Assembly (NCBI GenBank): GCA_001179505.1
Contig: CDMY01000251.1
Location: forward strand, 1-63,846
Source: Vitrella brassicaformis CCMP3155
Taxonomy: Eukaryota; Protista; Chromerida
Reading direction: 5' to 3'
DNA length: 63,846 nucleotides
Below the pieces are notes generated by a model. It was not told the DNA's origin. It did not search any database and saw only the letters and a list, made by a program, of their open reading frames with translations. Position numbers and translations under genes: made by a program. Shown piece by piece: positions 33,545 to 45,503 of this stretch. The number at the start of each line of letters is the position of its first letter. Position 1 is the stretch's first letter.

Positions 33545-34507
33545 CTATTACTCGGAGTGAAACGACGGGACGCCAGGCTTGTGGTGTGGTGGCTGGGACA
33601 TTTTGAGCGACCGCGGGAGCGCATCGCATCGCATCCATTCGACACACGTCGAGTCGTTGCGCGACACGTGTTGTGTGTGTGTGTGTTTGTGTGTGTGTCT
33701 GACCTGTGCCTGCGAATGAATCTGTGAGTATGCGAGTGTGCGTGCGCTGTTTTGCATACCTCCCTCCATGGCATGGGGGGTGGGTCGATGCGATCGATGT
33801 ACAAGTACACGTCTGTCTGCCTACACGTCTGCATCTACTCTACAACGAACAGGGCAGATTGATTGATTGATTGATAAATGGGTACATACGAGGGCGGGGC
33901 GGGTCGTTTTACAACGGGTCGGGCTTGGCTTGGTCGGGTCGGGTCGGGGTGGTTTGGGGGTCGGAGGGTCGGGAGTGGACAGTTCGTTGAACAGTAGGTG
34001 CTTTCCATGCGGAGGGAGCGAGCTCTCCGTGTGTCTGTGTCTGCGTTGATCTCGCTAACATCGTTCGATAGGTCATATGTATGCATCGATGGCCTACCTG
34101 CCTCACAGTGGGCAGTGTGCGTACGTTTCGACACTAACTGACATGAATGTCATGGCTGCCCTGCCCTGCGCCTCCCACTCTCTGTGTAGGCAGGCCTGTT
34201 TCTCTCTGGTTGGTTGGCTGGCTGACAAGACAGACAAGAGGCCGGGCGCTAACAAGGAAGGAAGCATGGCGGCGCTTTGCTCGACTTGTACGTGTGTATG
34301 TGTATGGCAGGCGGGAGTGTGCTGCCTACCGTCGATTGAGCTTGATTCGCAGGCCTTGGGAGAGAGGGAGGGAGGGAGGGAGGGAGGTGGGGAGAGCCTG
34401 GTCTCGTTTTGTACGGATGGGATGCCGATGGGTGCGTCTCGTGCCTGTCTGTCTGCTGGCATTCATGTGAGAACCGATGGATGATGGGTGGATGCTGACT
34501 GGTTTTG

Positions 34508-34538
<31 letters not shown>

Positions 34539-36065
34539 TCCGTCTGTCTCTGTTGCTACGCACCTTTGTCTTTGCGTTGTTTGTGCCTTCCTTATATATA
34601 TTCGTTTATAGCGTGCCTGCCTGCCTGCCTTGGCTGCCGGGCGGTGCGGTGCGCGCGGCGCTTTTTTGCTGCCTGTTTAAACTTACAGACAAACGTACAA
34701 GCAACGATCTCTCCTTCCTTGATGCTTTCCTTCCCTCGGTCTGCCCGATGCATGGCAGACAGACAGACAGACAGACGTATATACGTGTTGGCTGGCGTTG
34801 GCATGTTTAACAACAACAGTCCTGTCTGTCTTGGTTTGCCGTCTTGTCTTGCCGCTCGGCTGCCCTGCCTGGCGTCCACACACAGAGCAAATGACGCCAC
34901 GTCCCATTTCCATTCAAGTGCGCTGCATTGGTTGCATAGCTCTATGCGTGAGATGGATGAGATGAGCGAAAGGTGGCTAGCTGGGGCCGTCGGTCGCTGA
35001 ATGTATTTGTGCCTGCCGGGGCTGTGTGTGGCCGTGTGCGGCTCGGTTTCCTTCCTTCTGTGGGCAGGGCAGGCAGATACGTACGTGACATGACAAGTAC
35101 AAGTGCGTGGGATGGGATGCATCCCACGAAGCGAAGCCACCGTCCTTCCCCTGTCTGTGGGTGCGCACCCCGTTTTTGCGTACTGACGTGCTGGACAGCA
35201 CGGTCTGTACCAGGGGTGGTGACTGACGATGTATGTCGATGTGCACACACACGTGCAGTGCAGTGCACGATGGATGGATGGACGGATGGATGGACGGATG
35301 GCATGTGTCAGTCAATGTTCTGATCGTTCGCCGTCCGCACACACACATACACATGGACAGCCAGACAGAGCCCTCTTCTTCTCGCTTCATGGACGGACGC
35401 CACATTCGGGCTCACGAGCTGGGATTGGGTTCCATCTCTCTCTCTCTCTCTCTGTGTGTGTGTGCCGTGAACTCAACTCGTATGTTTGTGATGCATGAGT
35501 TTTTGGCAGTGCATGCATACCAGTGGACAGACAGTGCTGTGACTTGACTTAATAGTTGTCTGCCAATGCTGTCAGCCAACACTTGCCTTGCCTTTCCTCC
35601 TTGCGGAAGTCGGTGAGTCGATTCGTTCCACAGCACCGCAACGTGTGTGTCTATCCGGTGAGTGCGTCAGGCAGTCTGTCTGTCTGTCTGTCTTGGCCAA
35701 CGAGTATATCAACACTGCAGACGGATACCACACACCACACCACGACACGCAGGCCAGCCAGCACCCGTCTTGTCTGTCTCACCCACCTCCCCAATCACAT
35801 ACACGACAAAACGCTGCGTGGGCCCACATCTACACCGCACCCACACAGATGGAGAGATAGATCTACACTGGTCGGTACACCTAACTGACACTCGCCAAAA
35901 CCGATCGCCCAACCGATCGCTCAACCAATCATCCAATCAGGCGAAATGTGATGTTGCGATGCGGCAATCAATCCAGGCCCGCCCATAACTCACTCTCTTT
36001 TCTAAGTCGCTCGGCAAAAAATCCTACCCTTTTGGATCGCAAAGATTCGTTGTCCCTTCGTTTGT

Positions 36066-37694
36066 TCACTGTTTGGCGATGTCCTCGAGTCGTTTGATGT
36101 GGGAGTTCCAGTTGATGAGCTGTATCTTGGTCTGCAGCGTGGCGGGGTTGACGTCCACCACATTGATGCCGCAGTTGTTGATCACCGCCTGACAAACAAG
36201 AACAAACAACATATGACAGACATCCCGCCTCCCTCTGATCCATCCATCTTGATAGATGTTGCTCGCTGCGCTGACCGTCTCGGCACTGAGTCGCAATCCA
36301 ACGTCGTCGCCAGCAGCGTCCGCCAGCAGGCGCCGCAGAAACTCACCATGGGCTACAGCAACGACCTGAATCACACACACCCATTGACACGTACTCCACT
36401 CCCTGTGTCGTAGGTCGTCATTAATGCATTGCGTTTCCCTCCTTCCCTTCCTCCCTCACTCACCACAGGCGGCTGTTGGTCCGCCTGTGAGGCGAAGGCG
36501 GCGGACACGTCGATGCCCAGGCGGGATGCCAGCATGGGTGGCTGTTTGGCGACCACAATGAGGTCGTCGATGGCGGCCCTCACTCGGGTGGCGATGTCTA
36601 TGCCGCTCTCACCTATCGACCCCAGACGGGCCTCACCCTCACCCAACCGCCATGACGCATACGTGCCTGTCCAGAGGGAGGGAAGGACAAAGAAAGAAGG
36701 ATGGGTGAATGAATGTATGCACTAATCAAATCAACCAACGGATGGCAGACGGTCACGTGGTAGGTGGGTGTTTCTCTCTTGTGTGTGGTCGTCGTTGAGT
36801 TGACTCACTGGTGAGTGATGGTAGGCCGGATGCGATGCCCCTTCCCTCCAGCTCACCAAAGTCCACCTCATCCAGGTCCTTGAACCGAAGCCGAGGCACA
36901 TCACGGTGACGCCTGACAGACCGACAGCCAGCCAGCCAGACAGACAGACAGACAGATGGGCGTCTGTCTGTGTTGTGTGTGTGTGTATGTTTGTGGTGCT
37001 GGCTGACGAGTGGACGATGTCGGCTGTCTGCCCGGCGCGCATCATGGATGACGACACGACCGCACGAACGTCCATGCCCTCAAGCACTCCGGCGAGAGCT
37101 GTTGCTTGACGGACCCCTGCACAGCACACACCACACCACACCACGCACCGGCACAGGCACACAGACATCCAATCCACGGCCCAGCAGGTCAGTACTGTAC
37201 AGACATGCAATGAATGCATCGTGATCGATCTGTCTGTCTGCGTGCTGTCTGTGCACTGCACCTTCATCGTTGATTGGCGCGTTGATTCTCCTGCCTTGGA
37301 TGAGCCGCTCCTTATTGTAGTCTGTCTGCCCGTGGCGACACAGCACCAGCCGCACCCACCCAGGCTCCACAGGGCCCAGCTGTGACCGAAACTCCTCTCC
37401 CAGTGAAGATGAGCCATCCGCTGCAGCACGAGCACCGGGCGGGGCAATTAAGGAGGTCAGCAGCACCAGCGGCAGAGCGCTGCTCTCGGCAAGGAAGAGC
37501 CGTCGCGAAGATGAGGCTGACGCGTCGCTGGGTGGGTCTGCGGACATGCTTGGTGGTCTCCGAAGCTGTGAGTGGGTGCGAGAGGCAGCGGCAGGCAGGG
37601 GAAGTGTGGGAGTGAAGCCCAAAACTATAGATGTATGGAGGATGGCCATGGTGCAGAACAGTAGTGGGAGAGATGCAGATGAGAGTGCAGTCAT
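36066..37694 (-). CDS. Histidine phosphatase / phosphoglycerate-mutase family protein with plastid leader and Tat-like signal
   Basis: LVLCRHGQTDYN (RHG), SSSMMRAGQTA, LDEVDFGELEG, GES and VAVAHGEFLR motifs across at least 5 exons. Leader ends IVLG-FTP, then a Ser/Arg/Pro-rich segment, then SRRLFL…hydrophobic…ARA. One junction near 36850-36680 unresolved. Confidence 0.87.
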
Positions 37695-37760
37695 CGCGAA
37701 GCGCGAAAATTCCAGTCGTCCTTTGTGTGTGGAGGCACTGCAAGCTAAACTTGCTGACTT

Positions 37761-37768
37761 TGCGAGCT
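37761..37768 (+). promoter_or_regulatory. Candidate promoter element TGCGAGCT (TTGCGAGCTT)
   Basis: In the 179-bp spacer between divergent ATGs 37694 and 37874. Confidence 0.5.
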
Positions 37769-37873
37769 TTTAAGCGGCTTCCCTCTCAGATCTCTCGCCA
37801 GGCACACACACTAACCAACCAACCAACCAGGCACTCCTACGCCTTCATCTGCGCTATCCATCCGTGGCGTTCA

Positions 37874-39400
37874 ATGGCATCTTTAGTCGTCTTGTGCGTG
37901 GCGGTCTCCCTCGTGCCGTCGACACTGGCCTTCATCTACTCATCTGTCAGGCCAGCATCTCACTCTTCGAGGCACAGATCAAGATGGAGCCGCTTCACAC
38001 GCCCTTCAGCAACGAAACCGACGGTCGACGTGCGAGTCTGCAATGGTATGGATGACTGCCATGGATGGTTGCGGGTATTCATGTATGTGATGGGCGAGTG
38101 TCGGGGGTCCGATTGATTTTTGTCTGTGTGTCACACGGCAGGTCCTACATGCGGCCCGAAGAGTGAAAAGGCGTTCGGAGGCGCGCAGGTGCTCGCAGAG
38201 CATTTCCGCTTCCTGCTCGGGACGGTGGGGAAAGAGGATGGTGAGGCTGACGGGAGGGGCTTCGGCGAGGGAAGGCCTTATGCCTTGCAAGTGCAGACGT
38301 GCAGCTGCCTCGGCAACTGCGACTACGGCCCCAATGTGCGTGTGATGGTGAGTCCATCACGGCAGAAGAAGCCGATGGTGATGCGACGTCAAAAAGACCT
38401 CGCTGAGGCTGTGACTCTCAGCAAAGACATCATACAACAGGTGTGTCAGAAACGCAGACAGGCACAAATACATCAGCTTAAGCTCTGAGTCATTGTTTGT
38501 TTGACTGCCTGCAGGCGATTCGTGTGGGTGGCCGCAAGCCGCCAATGACGGAGTCCGAGGCCATCCTGCGCTGCAAGGAGAAGGGCATCAAGTCGCTGAG
38601 AGACGACGACCCTCAGGCGGCGTTAAGTCACTTCAATGAAGGCATCGCCGCCCTCACCAAGTGGGGCGAGGCGCTGCTGGCCGACGCGCAGCAGGGAGAG
38701 GGCCAGTACGACATCGACTTTCCTGAAATTCTCAACAGGTCAGCTCAGCTGAGCTGAGCCGAGCGGAGCCACCTGAGCAAGGAGGACTGATGTGTGGCTC
38801 ATTCTCTTTCTCTGTGTGTCCATCCATCCATCCATCCACGTGAAGGGCGTATGCCACGCTCGTTGGCGGCAGGGGGATCGCGCACGTGATGATGGGACAG
38901 ATGGATGAGAGTCTTAAAGACATCAACGAAGCCGTCGGTGAGAGTGAGAGTGAGAGAGAGCAACATACAGAGTTGCGTGCATACACGAGTTCAGACCTCG
39001 ACCCGGCGAATGTAGTGCTGTGGCGCCTCAAGTGTGAGGTCCACCGGGCCAGATCAGAAGACGAGGAGGCACTCCAAACCTTAAGGCATGTTGCAAACCA
39101 GCAGCCATGCGCTTATTCGCCTCTGCACTGAGGAGCCGTGCGGCTCTCTGTCTGTCTGTCTGTCTGTGTGTTGTCGAGTGCAGGATAGCGATGACGTTGC
39201 CGAATGTCTATCTGCCGCGCGTCAAGGCGTTGGAGGCGTGCGAGAAGGAGCTGGACCCAGCCATGGGTGGGCTGCTGGGCGCCGTGAAGCAGATGACTAG
39301 GGGCAAGGGAGAGAGATATGAGCTGACTGAACTGACTTAGAACTGATTGGTGGGCTGATGCTATTGATATTCTCTATCGACAGGGGAGGGATTCACATAA
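37874..39400 (+). CDS. Thioredoxin-like [2Fe-2S] ferredoxin domain + TPR-like repeats, plastid-type leader
   Basis: Signal peptide ending TLA-F plus Ser/Arg-rich transit segment. VRVCNG|PTC…TCSCLGNCDYGPNVRV (CxxxxC…CxxxC). TPR-like RGIAHVMMGQMDESLKDINEAV-DLDPANVVLWRLKCEV. GC-AG intron 39086-39183. End 39340 or 39400. Confidence 0.8.
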
Positions 39401-39731
39401 CGGGCACGCAATGCCGTTCACGTCAGTAAGAATCAGGCCAAAAAGGTCCAGTGGGTGCCACACGGCAAGACTGATAAGCGAGTCTCTTGTCGAATCCCTT
39501 AGGCCCCGACCACCCTACCCTTCCCCCGACCATGCATGCCATGCTAGTCAGCCTCGTTAAAGCGTAGCGGCCGTGTAGAGAGAGAGGAAGCATCCATCCA
39601 TCCGTCAAGCGACGATATCAATCATCTCAGCAATCAATCAGTATGCAATGCATACGGACTGGATTGGGGGGCGAGTCCCTGCCTGCCTCTGTCAGTATCA
39701 ACATCGACATGTGTATCTATCGTCCTATCTG

Positions 39732-40417
39732 TCAGGGCTTCTGCCCTCCCCCGCCCCCCTGTGACCGTATGTGGTCCTCAAGGACCTCCTTGGCGATCTC
39801 CACCTTCCGCTGCAGGTAAGGCGACCCCGGAAAATTGTCCTTCTTGGCGTTGATCTCGTGCAGACGATGGAAACGCTGCAGCCAGCCATTGTAGAAGGAA
39901 GGACACACAACACAGTGGGAAGCGAATCCGCATGTGTTGGTGCTGGCAGGGTGGAGTGGTGTGGTGTGGTGTGGTTGTGCTCCGCTGCACACCTGAACGA
40001 TTTCTTCGATTCCGGTTCGTCTGAAGTCGATTTCGAGGATCTTGCTGGCCTCGTCGAGGGACATCTTGCGACTAAACGTCTGCTGAAAGGCGGGGTTGGC
40101 CGCACCACCTGCACACACAGATACATATGGACACGCACACAGACAGACAGACAGACACAACCATGAGCATTCTCTCACATGCACAGAGAAAGGGCCCATG
40201 TCAATCAGGCTATCATTCATGATGAATCTCTGTGTGTGCGTACGCATGGCAGCTTCTCTGTAGGCCTGTATGAAGGCTCTGAAGAGGGCACCACCGGCGA
40301 TGAAACCGACTTGAGCGATGATTCTGATACCAACCACACAACACACAGACATGGCAGCGCGTGTGAGTGGTATCCATGCCCACGAAGCACCCACCTGGCA
40401 AAGGGTCCCAGCACCAT
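39732..40417 (-). CDS. PAM16: Mitochondrial import motor subunit Pam16/Tim16 (J-like)
   Basis: MVLGPFAR|IIAQVGFIAGGALFRAFIQAYREAA|…MSLDEASKILEID…|RFHRLHEINAKKDNFPGSPYLQRKVEIAKEVL; diagnostic MxLxEAxxIL and GSxYLQxKV. Confidence 0.93.
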
Positions 40418-40537
40418 ACCATCACCGACTCAAACAGATGATGCAGCGACGCGAGATCTCAAACAAACTCGGCTGGTTTGCACTCCTACTGTCAACGACA
40501 GCAACGCTCCACGTGAATATTTCTTCCTCCGGCTTCA

Positions 40538-40545
40538 AGCTCGCA
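40538..40545 (-). promoter_or_regulatory. Candidate promoter element TGCGAGCT
   Basis: AGCTCGCA on + strand in the 155-bp spacer between PAM16 and RAP ATGs. Confidence 0.5.
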
Positions 40546-40572
40546 GGAGGATCGCTGCGTTCCTCTAATGCT

Positions 40573-42225
40573 ATGCGGTCCCTGGTGATGGCCCGAGCGC
40601 GGCTGAGGACAGCCCTGTGCGCCAGGCTTCATCATCATTCAAGATCATGCCGTTCGTTTTCGTTCAGCACTGCAGCGGCAGCAGACGGCGCAACAGAGCC
40701 ACCCGAAGCATTGGCCTTTAGCCCTCTGGTCGTCGGGACCATCCGACTCGCACAGTCCGTCGACAACGACGTGGAAACCAAGCCCATCCCGCCCTCCCCC
40801 ATCCCTCGCCCCTGGCCTGCATCCGCTGATCCATCACAGATAGACGAGGCCGCCTCTCAGCTTACCGGTCGCCTCAATGCCAGGGAGGACTGGTGGCGGC
40901 AGTGTGAGAGGGTGTGCGACGCAGCCAGGCGGGGCGAGCTGCCGAGTGCCGACGTCCTGAAGGTGCTGCATGCCTTTATGGATCTGGACGGGCAGGAGGC
41001 CCGCGAGGAGGAGGGAAGGACCACCGCACACAAGCCTTATCTGAGGAAGCAAACCACCAAGGTCGACGAGCGGCACGTAGAATGCCTTTACCGCAGCCTC
41101 CTGCTGACGGAAAAAGTTGCTCCATTGGGTGAGAAAGAGGATGGAGAGGGCCCGCAAGGGGCACAGAAGGCCGACAAACCAGCCACCGCTGCCCTCGATG
41201 CGGATGACATCCTGTTCCTGCTCAAGGGTCTGCGGGAGCTCCACTTCACCAGACGAGCGAGAGGGGAGTTCTTCCCCGCCATCGTGACGGCCATGCGTCC
41301 CCTCCTGGCCCAGTACTCAACCGTCGACCTCATTGAGGTCCTCGACCACCTGGCAGCGCTCTCCATCCGCGGCCTTGAGGAGCGGCAGGTCTTCCTGACC
41401 GTGCCGCAGCTACTGTCTAAGCGGCTAGACAATACCGGCGAGTTCGGTGCGCCGAAGCCGTACGAGCTGATCCGGGTGTTCAAGGCCTACTCGAAGGCCA
41501 GGGTGTCGACGGAGCTGCTTAGGGTGCTCTATGACTACGTTTCCCGGGACCTGGGGGAGAGGGAGGGTGATGGTGGCGAGTCTGGTGGTGGTGGTCTGCT
41601 TACGCCCGCTCTGGCGATTCACCTGCTGGCGACGATGCTGGGGACCCGGCTGTACACGGTGCAGGCGATCGAGAAGCTGCTGCTGGTGGCCAGACGGACA
41701 CACCTGGGCCTGTGGGCGTCCGACTCTGTGGAGCTGCGGTCGTTGAAGTGGATCGAGGTCTCCCTTCGACTCGACTACGCCCAGACCTACGCGGGCCTCT
41801 CGAAGGAGGCGCTGGAGTACCTGTCGCTGGTACGGGACCTCAAGTACACGGACAGGTCGCTGCAGCACCACACCATCCTCTCCTACCAGCTGGCACACTT
41901 CCTGGCCAAGCACAGCTTTCCTTGCAAGAGGGAGATGGTGGGCCCCTACGCACTCAAGGTGTGCGACCGGGACGAGAGGGTGGCCTTCGAGCCCATAGAG
42001 AAGGTCCACGTCTTCCCTGACAGCAAAGGCAAGCTGCGGCATTTCACAGAGACGAAGCTGCGGCATCTCGAGGCGATGGGGTGGAAGGTGTACACGGTCG
42101 CATTCCATGAGTGGGGGCGGCTGAGGGATTACCAGGACAAGGCCGACTTCGTTCGCCGCTTGCTGCGCGAGAATGGGCTGCTTGGGTTCCCTGTCGAGCC
42201 GAGACACGGTGGCACCACGGTGTGA
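40573..42225 (+). CDS. Intronless RAP-domain protein with mitochondrial-type presequence
   Basis: Single ORF. N-terminus MRSLVMARARLRTALCARLHHHSRSCRSFSFST (Arg/Ser-rich, no acidic residues), helical middle region, C-terminal VGPYALKVCDRDERVAFEP…TETKLRHLEAMGWKVYTVAFHEW (RAP pattern). Confidence 0.85.
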   Translation: MRSLVMARARLRTALCARLHHHSRSCRSFSFSTAAAADGATEPPEALAFSPLVVGTIRLAQSVDNDVETKPIPPSPIPRPWPASADPSQIDEAASQLTGRLNAREDWWRQCERVCDAARRGELPSADVLKVLHAFMDLDGQEAREEEGRTTAHKPYLRKQTTKVDERHVECLYRSLLLTEKVAPLGEKEDGEGPQGAQKADKPATAALDADDILFLLKGLRELHFTRRARGEFFPAIVTAMRPLLAQYSTVDLIEVLDHLAALSIRGLEERQVFLTVPQLLSKRLDNTGEFGAPKPYELIRVFKAYSKARVSTELLRVLYDYVSRDLGEREGDGGESGGGGLLTPALAIHLLATMLGTRLYTVQAIEKLLLVARRTHLGLWASDSVELRSLKWIEVSLRLDYAQTYAGLSKEALEYLSLVRDLKYTDRSLQHHTILSYQLAHFLAKHSFPCKREMVGPYALKVCDRDERVAFEPIEKVHVFPDSKGKLRHFTETKLRHLEAMGWKVYTVAFHEWGRLRDYQDKADFVRRLLRENGLLGFPVEPRHGGTTV

Positions 42226-43321
42226 CTTGACTTGATGTGATTGATTGCGTGTTGACTGATATGTTGGGGTGTGTGTGTGTGTGTGTGTGGTGTGGACCGT
42301 CGACCTGCTGGTCAGTGTCTCTGTACGCTTGTTATGTTAACCACACCGAGCAAATGCACACACCTACGTACGCAGCGGTCCTCTGTCCATCGTCTGTTCT
42401 GTCTGTCTGTCTGTCTGTCTGTCGCCCTTGTTGCTCGCAAGCCCTCGTCGGGCTTGCCTTGCCTGCCTCTCCCACGTACCTATAGGTACCCTCTACACAA
42501 GCGACCCGTCGTTCCCCCGTTCCCCCACCACCACAGACAGACAGACAGACAGAGAGACTCATCCATGGCAGCAACATGAGCGTTATATTGCGGCAACACG
42601 TGCCCGCAGAGAAATACAGCACCAACACAACACAACACCACCGTCAATGACATCATGTACACACCATACACACACACACACACGGCACTTGAAAGGAGCA
42701 AGTAACACGACACGCAAAATTGCCCCTCCCTTCCTTCCTGCCTAACTGCCTTTGCCCCATCAATCCCATCCAGTGTCCTTGAAAACGTGTAATTCGCCTC
42801 CTGGCTGGCTGGCTGGCTGGCTGACACGCCTGACACGGCCGGCCAGCCAGCAAGTACCTTTCCCCGTGTGCTGTGCTGTGGGACGGCCCCACAGTGGGTC
42901 ACATCTGGACTCCTGTCTGTCATGCAGTCGCCACACCACATGTAGCACGACACGGCGCTCTATCCATCCTTCCATCGATCATTCAGTCGTGCACACTTAC
43001 AGGCAGGCAGGCAGGCAGGCAGCCCTTTGGGACAGCACCTCACTCACAGCAGCAAGACAAGCACACACACCACACAGCCACAGCCCCCCCTCCGTCCGGC
43101 CCGGCCAGCCAGCCGCATCCCCCGCTCGCTGGAGGAAAAGAGACAGACAGGCAGTGCCCCCCTCCCGCCCCCCATAGGCAAAAGCCAAGGTACGCCCATG
43201 CATATAGTTCTGTGGATCGGATCGCCCACGCCACGCACAGCTATGAGACACCACACCACACCATACCACACCACACCACACCCACCGACATCCCTCCCTG
43301 TTGTGTGTGGTCGGTCGGTCG

Positions 43322-44719
43322 TCACTCGGCTCGCTGGAATTGGGTGAAAAGGAACAGCGCCTGGATGGTGCGCTTGTGGTCGGACGCCCACAGGGCCAGG
43401 CTGACGAACAGGACAATGGGCAGCAGCACATAGAGGGCCTTGACAAAGAGGAACAGGGGCGGCAGCAGGAACACCATCGGCAACAGGATGACCACCAGAG
43501 GCTCCACCATCGAACGCGCACGCTCGTCGCGACGCTGACCGACCAAACGACATCCCAACCATATAAGCACCGCACACAATGCATTCGTTCAGCCAAAGAA
43601 AGAAGAGGTCACCACGCCTCCAACAACTCACCTGCTGCTGTATGCGCAGTTCGCTGTCGTCCGTCTGGGCATCGTCGGCCAGCCCCAGCCCCCCCAGCGA
43701 CTGAGATGACGTCCCATTGCCGGTGGCCCCGCTGCTCGACCGCTCGCTACCTGATATCGACCCGCTCGACCCCCCTCCACTGAGCATGCTCAGCCGACCG
43801 CTGCTGCCCTCCGCCTGCCCACGACCAGCCAGCCGCCCAGACGACGGATGGCGCCCCACACAGCACGAATCATGCCCTGCGTGTGGTGCCGTGGCTGTTG
43901 TTGCGTCATGGAGGGAGGGGAATGACCGGCGCGTGTAGGGGAGCTGTTTGCTGGTGGCCGTGAGTGTGGGCGGTGGGGAGGGGGTGTAGGAACGGGAGTG
44001 CTGGATGTCGCAGAGGTCGTCGTCGTCCAGGAAGAAGGCACGGCCCTCTCGGTGGTCGGCAGGATGCATGCCGAGGCCACCGTGTGTATGTGTATGGGTG
44101 TGCAAGGGGTGGGGACGAGAGGCGTGGCTGTGGGGGTCTCGATGCATCACCGTACGGGCATCCACACGTGTGAGGTGTCGCGTGGCGGCCCCATTGTTGC
44201 TGCTGCTGCCGGTGGTGCCGCTGCCGCTCTCATTGCCCGTCGTCATGCGGCTGCCCGATGTCAGCTCCTGGCTGCTCAGGTCACCATATCCTCCCGTACG
44301 ATGTCCGTCGCCGTTGCTGCACACATAACCAGCCAGCCACAGCCCAACCGATATCCCAATGGACGACGACCTTGCTCCTTGTGCTTGTGCTGCACTCACT
44401 TTCTCACTCACCTTCCCGAAAATCTCGTTTCTTTCCCAGACGTGTTGGAGTCGCTTTCTGACCGGTCAGCCAAGGCAGCCTCGCCATTTGTCAGCACAGT
44501 AACACCATTCCGGCCGGCCGAGCTGACAGGTGCTCCGTCATTGTCACCGCCTTGCTGATGGTGCGAAAGTAACGGAGCTGGCGCCTCTTGTGCACTGGGG
44601 AGGGCGCCGCTGTCGTCTGGTGGAGAGAGGGATGCCTGCGAATGTGTGGCGTCTGGCTGTGATGACTTGTGGTCCGCGGCTGCAGGTCGCCCGCTGCGTC
44701 GCCGGCGCTTCGGTGACAT
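43322..44719 (-). CDS. Hypothetical protein: basic N-terminus, long low-complexity region, C-terminal transmembrane hairpin, 3 exons
   Basis: MSPKRRRRSG…RFSG|SNGDGH…ELRIQQQ|RRDERARSMVEPLVVILLPMVFLLPPLFLFVKALYVLLPIVLFVSLALWAS…; both junctions canonical and phase-matched. Confidence 0.7.
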
Positions 44720-45040
44720 GGGTGAGGGTAGCTGACGAGGGTGGCAGCGGTATAGGGGCCGAGTCGAGAAGAAGAGGATATGAGATCACATGGCACAGAC
44801 AGTCTTCGCGGCTGGTCTTCTTCTTCAGAATCTTCTTCTTGGCCGCGTTGTTGGAGCTCTGTGTGCCGGGTCCTTGAGGGCATGGCCTTCGCCGCTTTCA
44901 TCGCGTATGCACTGGCTGACCGCCTTTGGATCGATCTTGATCTAAAGGCCTCCCCGTTGCAGGCCGGCTCTCATACGACCCCTGGAGGACTTAAGTGGAA
45001 GAGGGGGGGAGGAAAGGTGGAAAAGGATGGATGGCGGAAT

Positions 45041-45048
45041 TGCGAGCT
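45041..45048 (+). promoter_or_regulatory. Candidate promoter element TGCGAGCT (TTGCGAGCTG)
   Basis: In the spacer between divergent ATGs 44719 and 45504. Confidence 0.45.
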
Positions 45049-45503
45049 GAGAAAGCGCGCAAAAGACCACACTCATTCGCTGAGAGGAGTTTTCCACAAG
45101 GAGCACGGAGGGCGGCTCGACCTGCAGGAGGTGCGTACCGAAAAGAGAAGATGAGAGAGACCGATGTGGGTGAAGCAAGGGAAAGAGCCTGTCGATTGCC
45201 TGTAGATAGCCTTCTGTGAGGCGTCAAAGGATCTGGGGACGCCCTATGGCTGTGCTCTTGTCTCTGTCTGCAGATCTGAGCACCGATACCGAAGAACATC
45301 ATCTCATTACTGCCTTTCCCTGGCGCTTGTCCAACCGAGACCCACCGAACCGAAGGCCCCTGTGACTCACGTAAGGCAGTTGCACTTGAACCGAACCGAC
45401 CAAAAGGGTTGAGTTGATTCTTCTCTCCTATCCTAGGTGAGTTGGCTGCTTCGCCACCCACTATGCTCCCGCGACATCCCCTTTACCCACCAGCAGGCCT
45501 TTT

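Noticed and set aside
40318-40572. Upstream extension of the RAP ORF
   Set aside because: Overlaps PAM16 exon 1 and intron in antisense; ATG 40573 begins a clean presequence.
41425-42207. Long antisense ORFs over real genes (also 15595-16635, 15653-16438, 32300-32926, 32920-33834)
   Set aside because: Shadow frames expected in GC-rich coding DNA; no motifs.
45340-45400. GAACCGAA as a second shared promoter motif (also 56421 reverse)
   Set aside because: Similar strings occur in introns, UTRs and the desert (about 2708, 12917, 22241); enrichment is not convincing.
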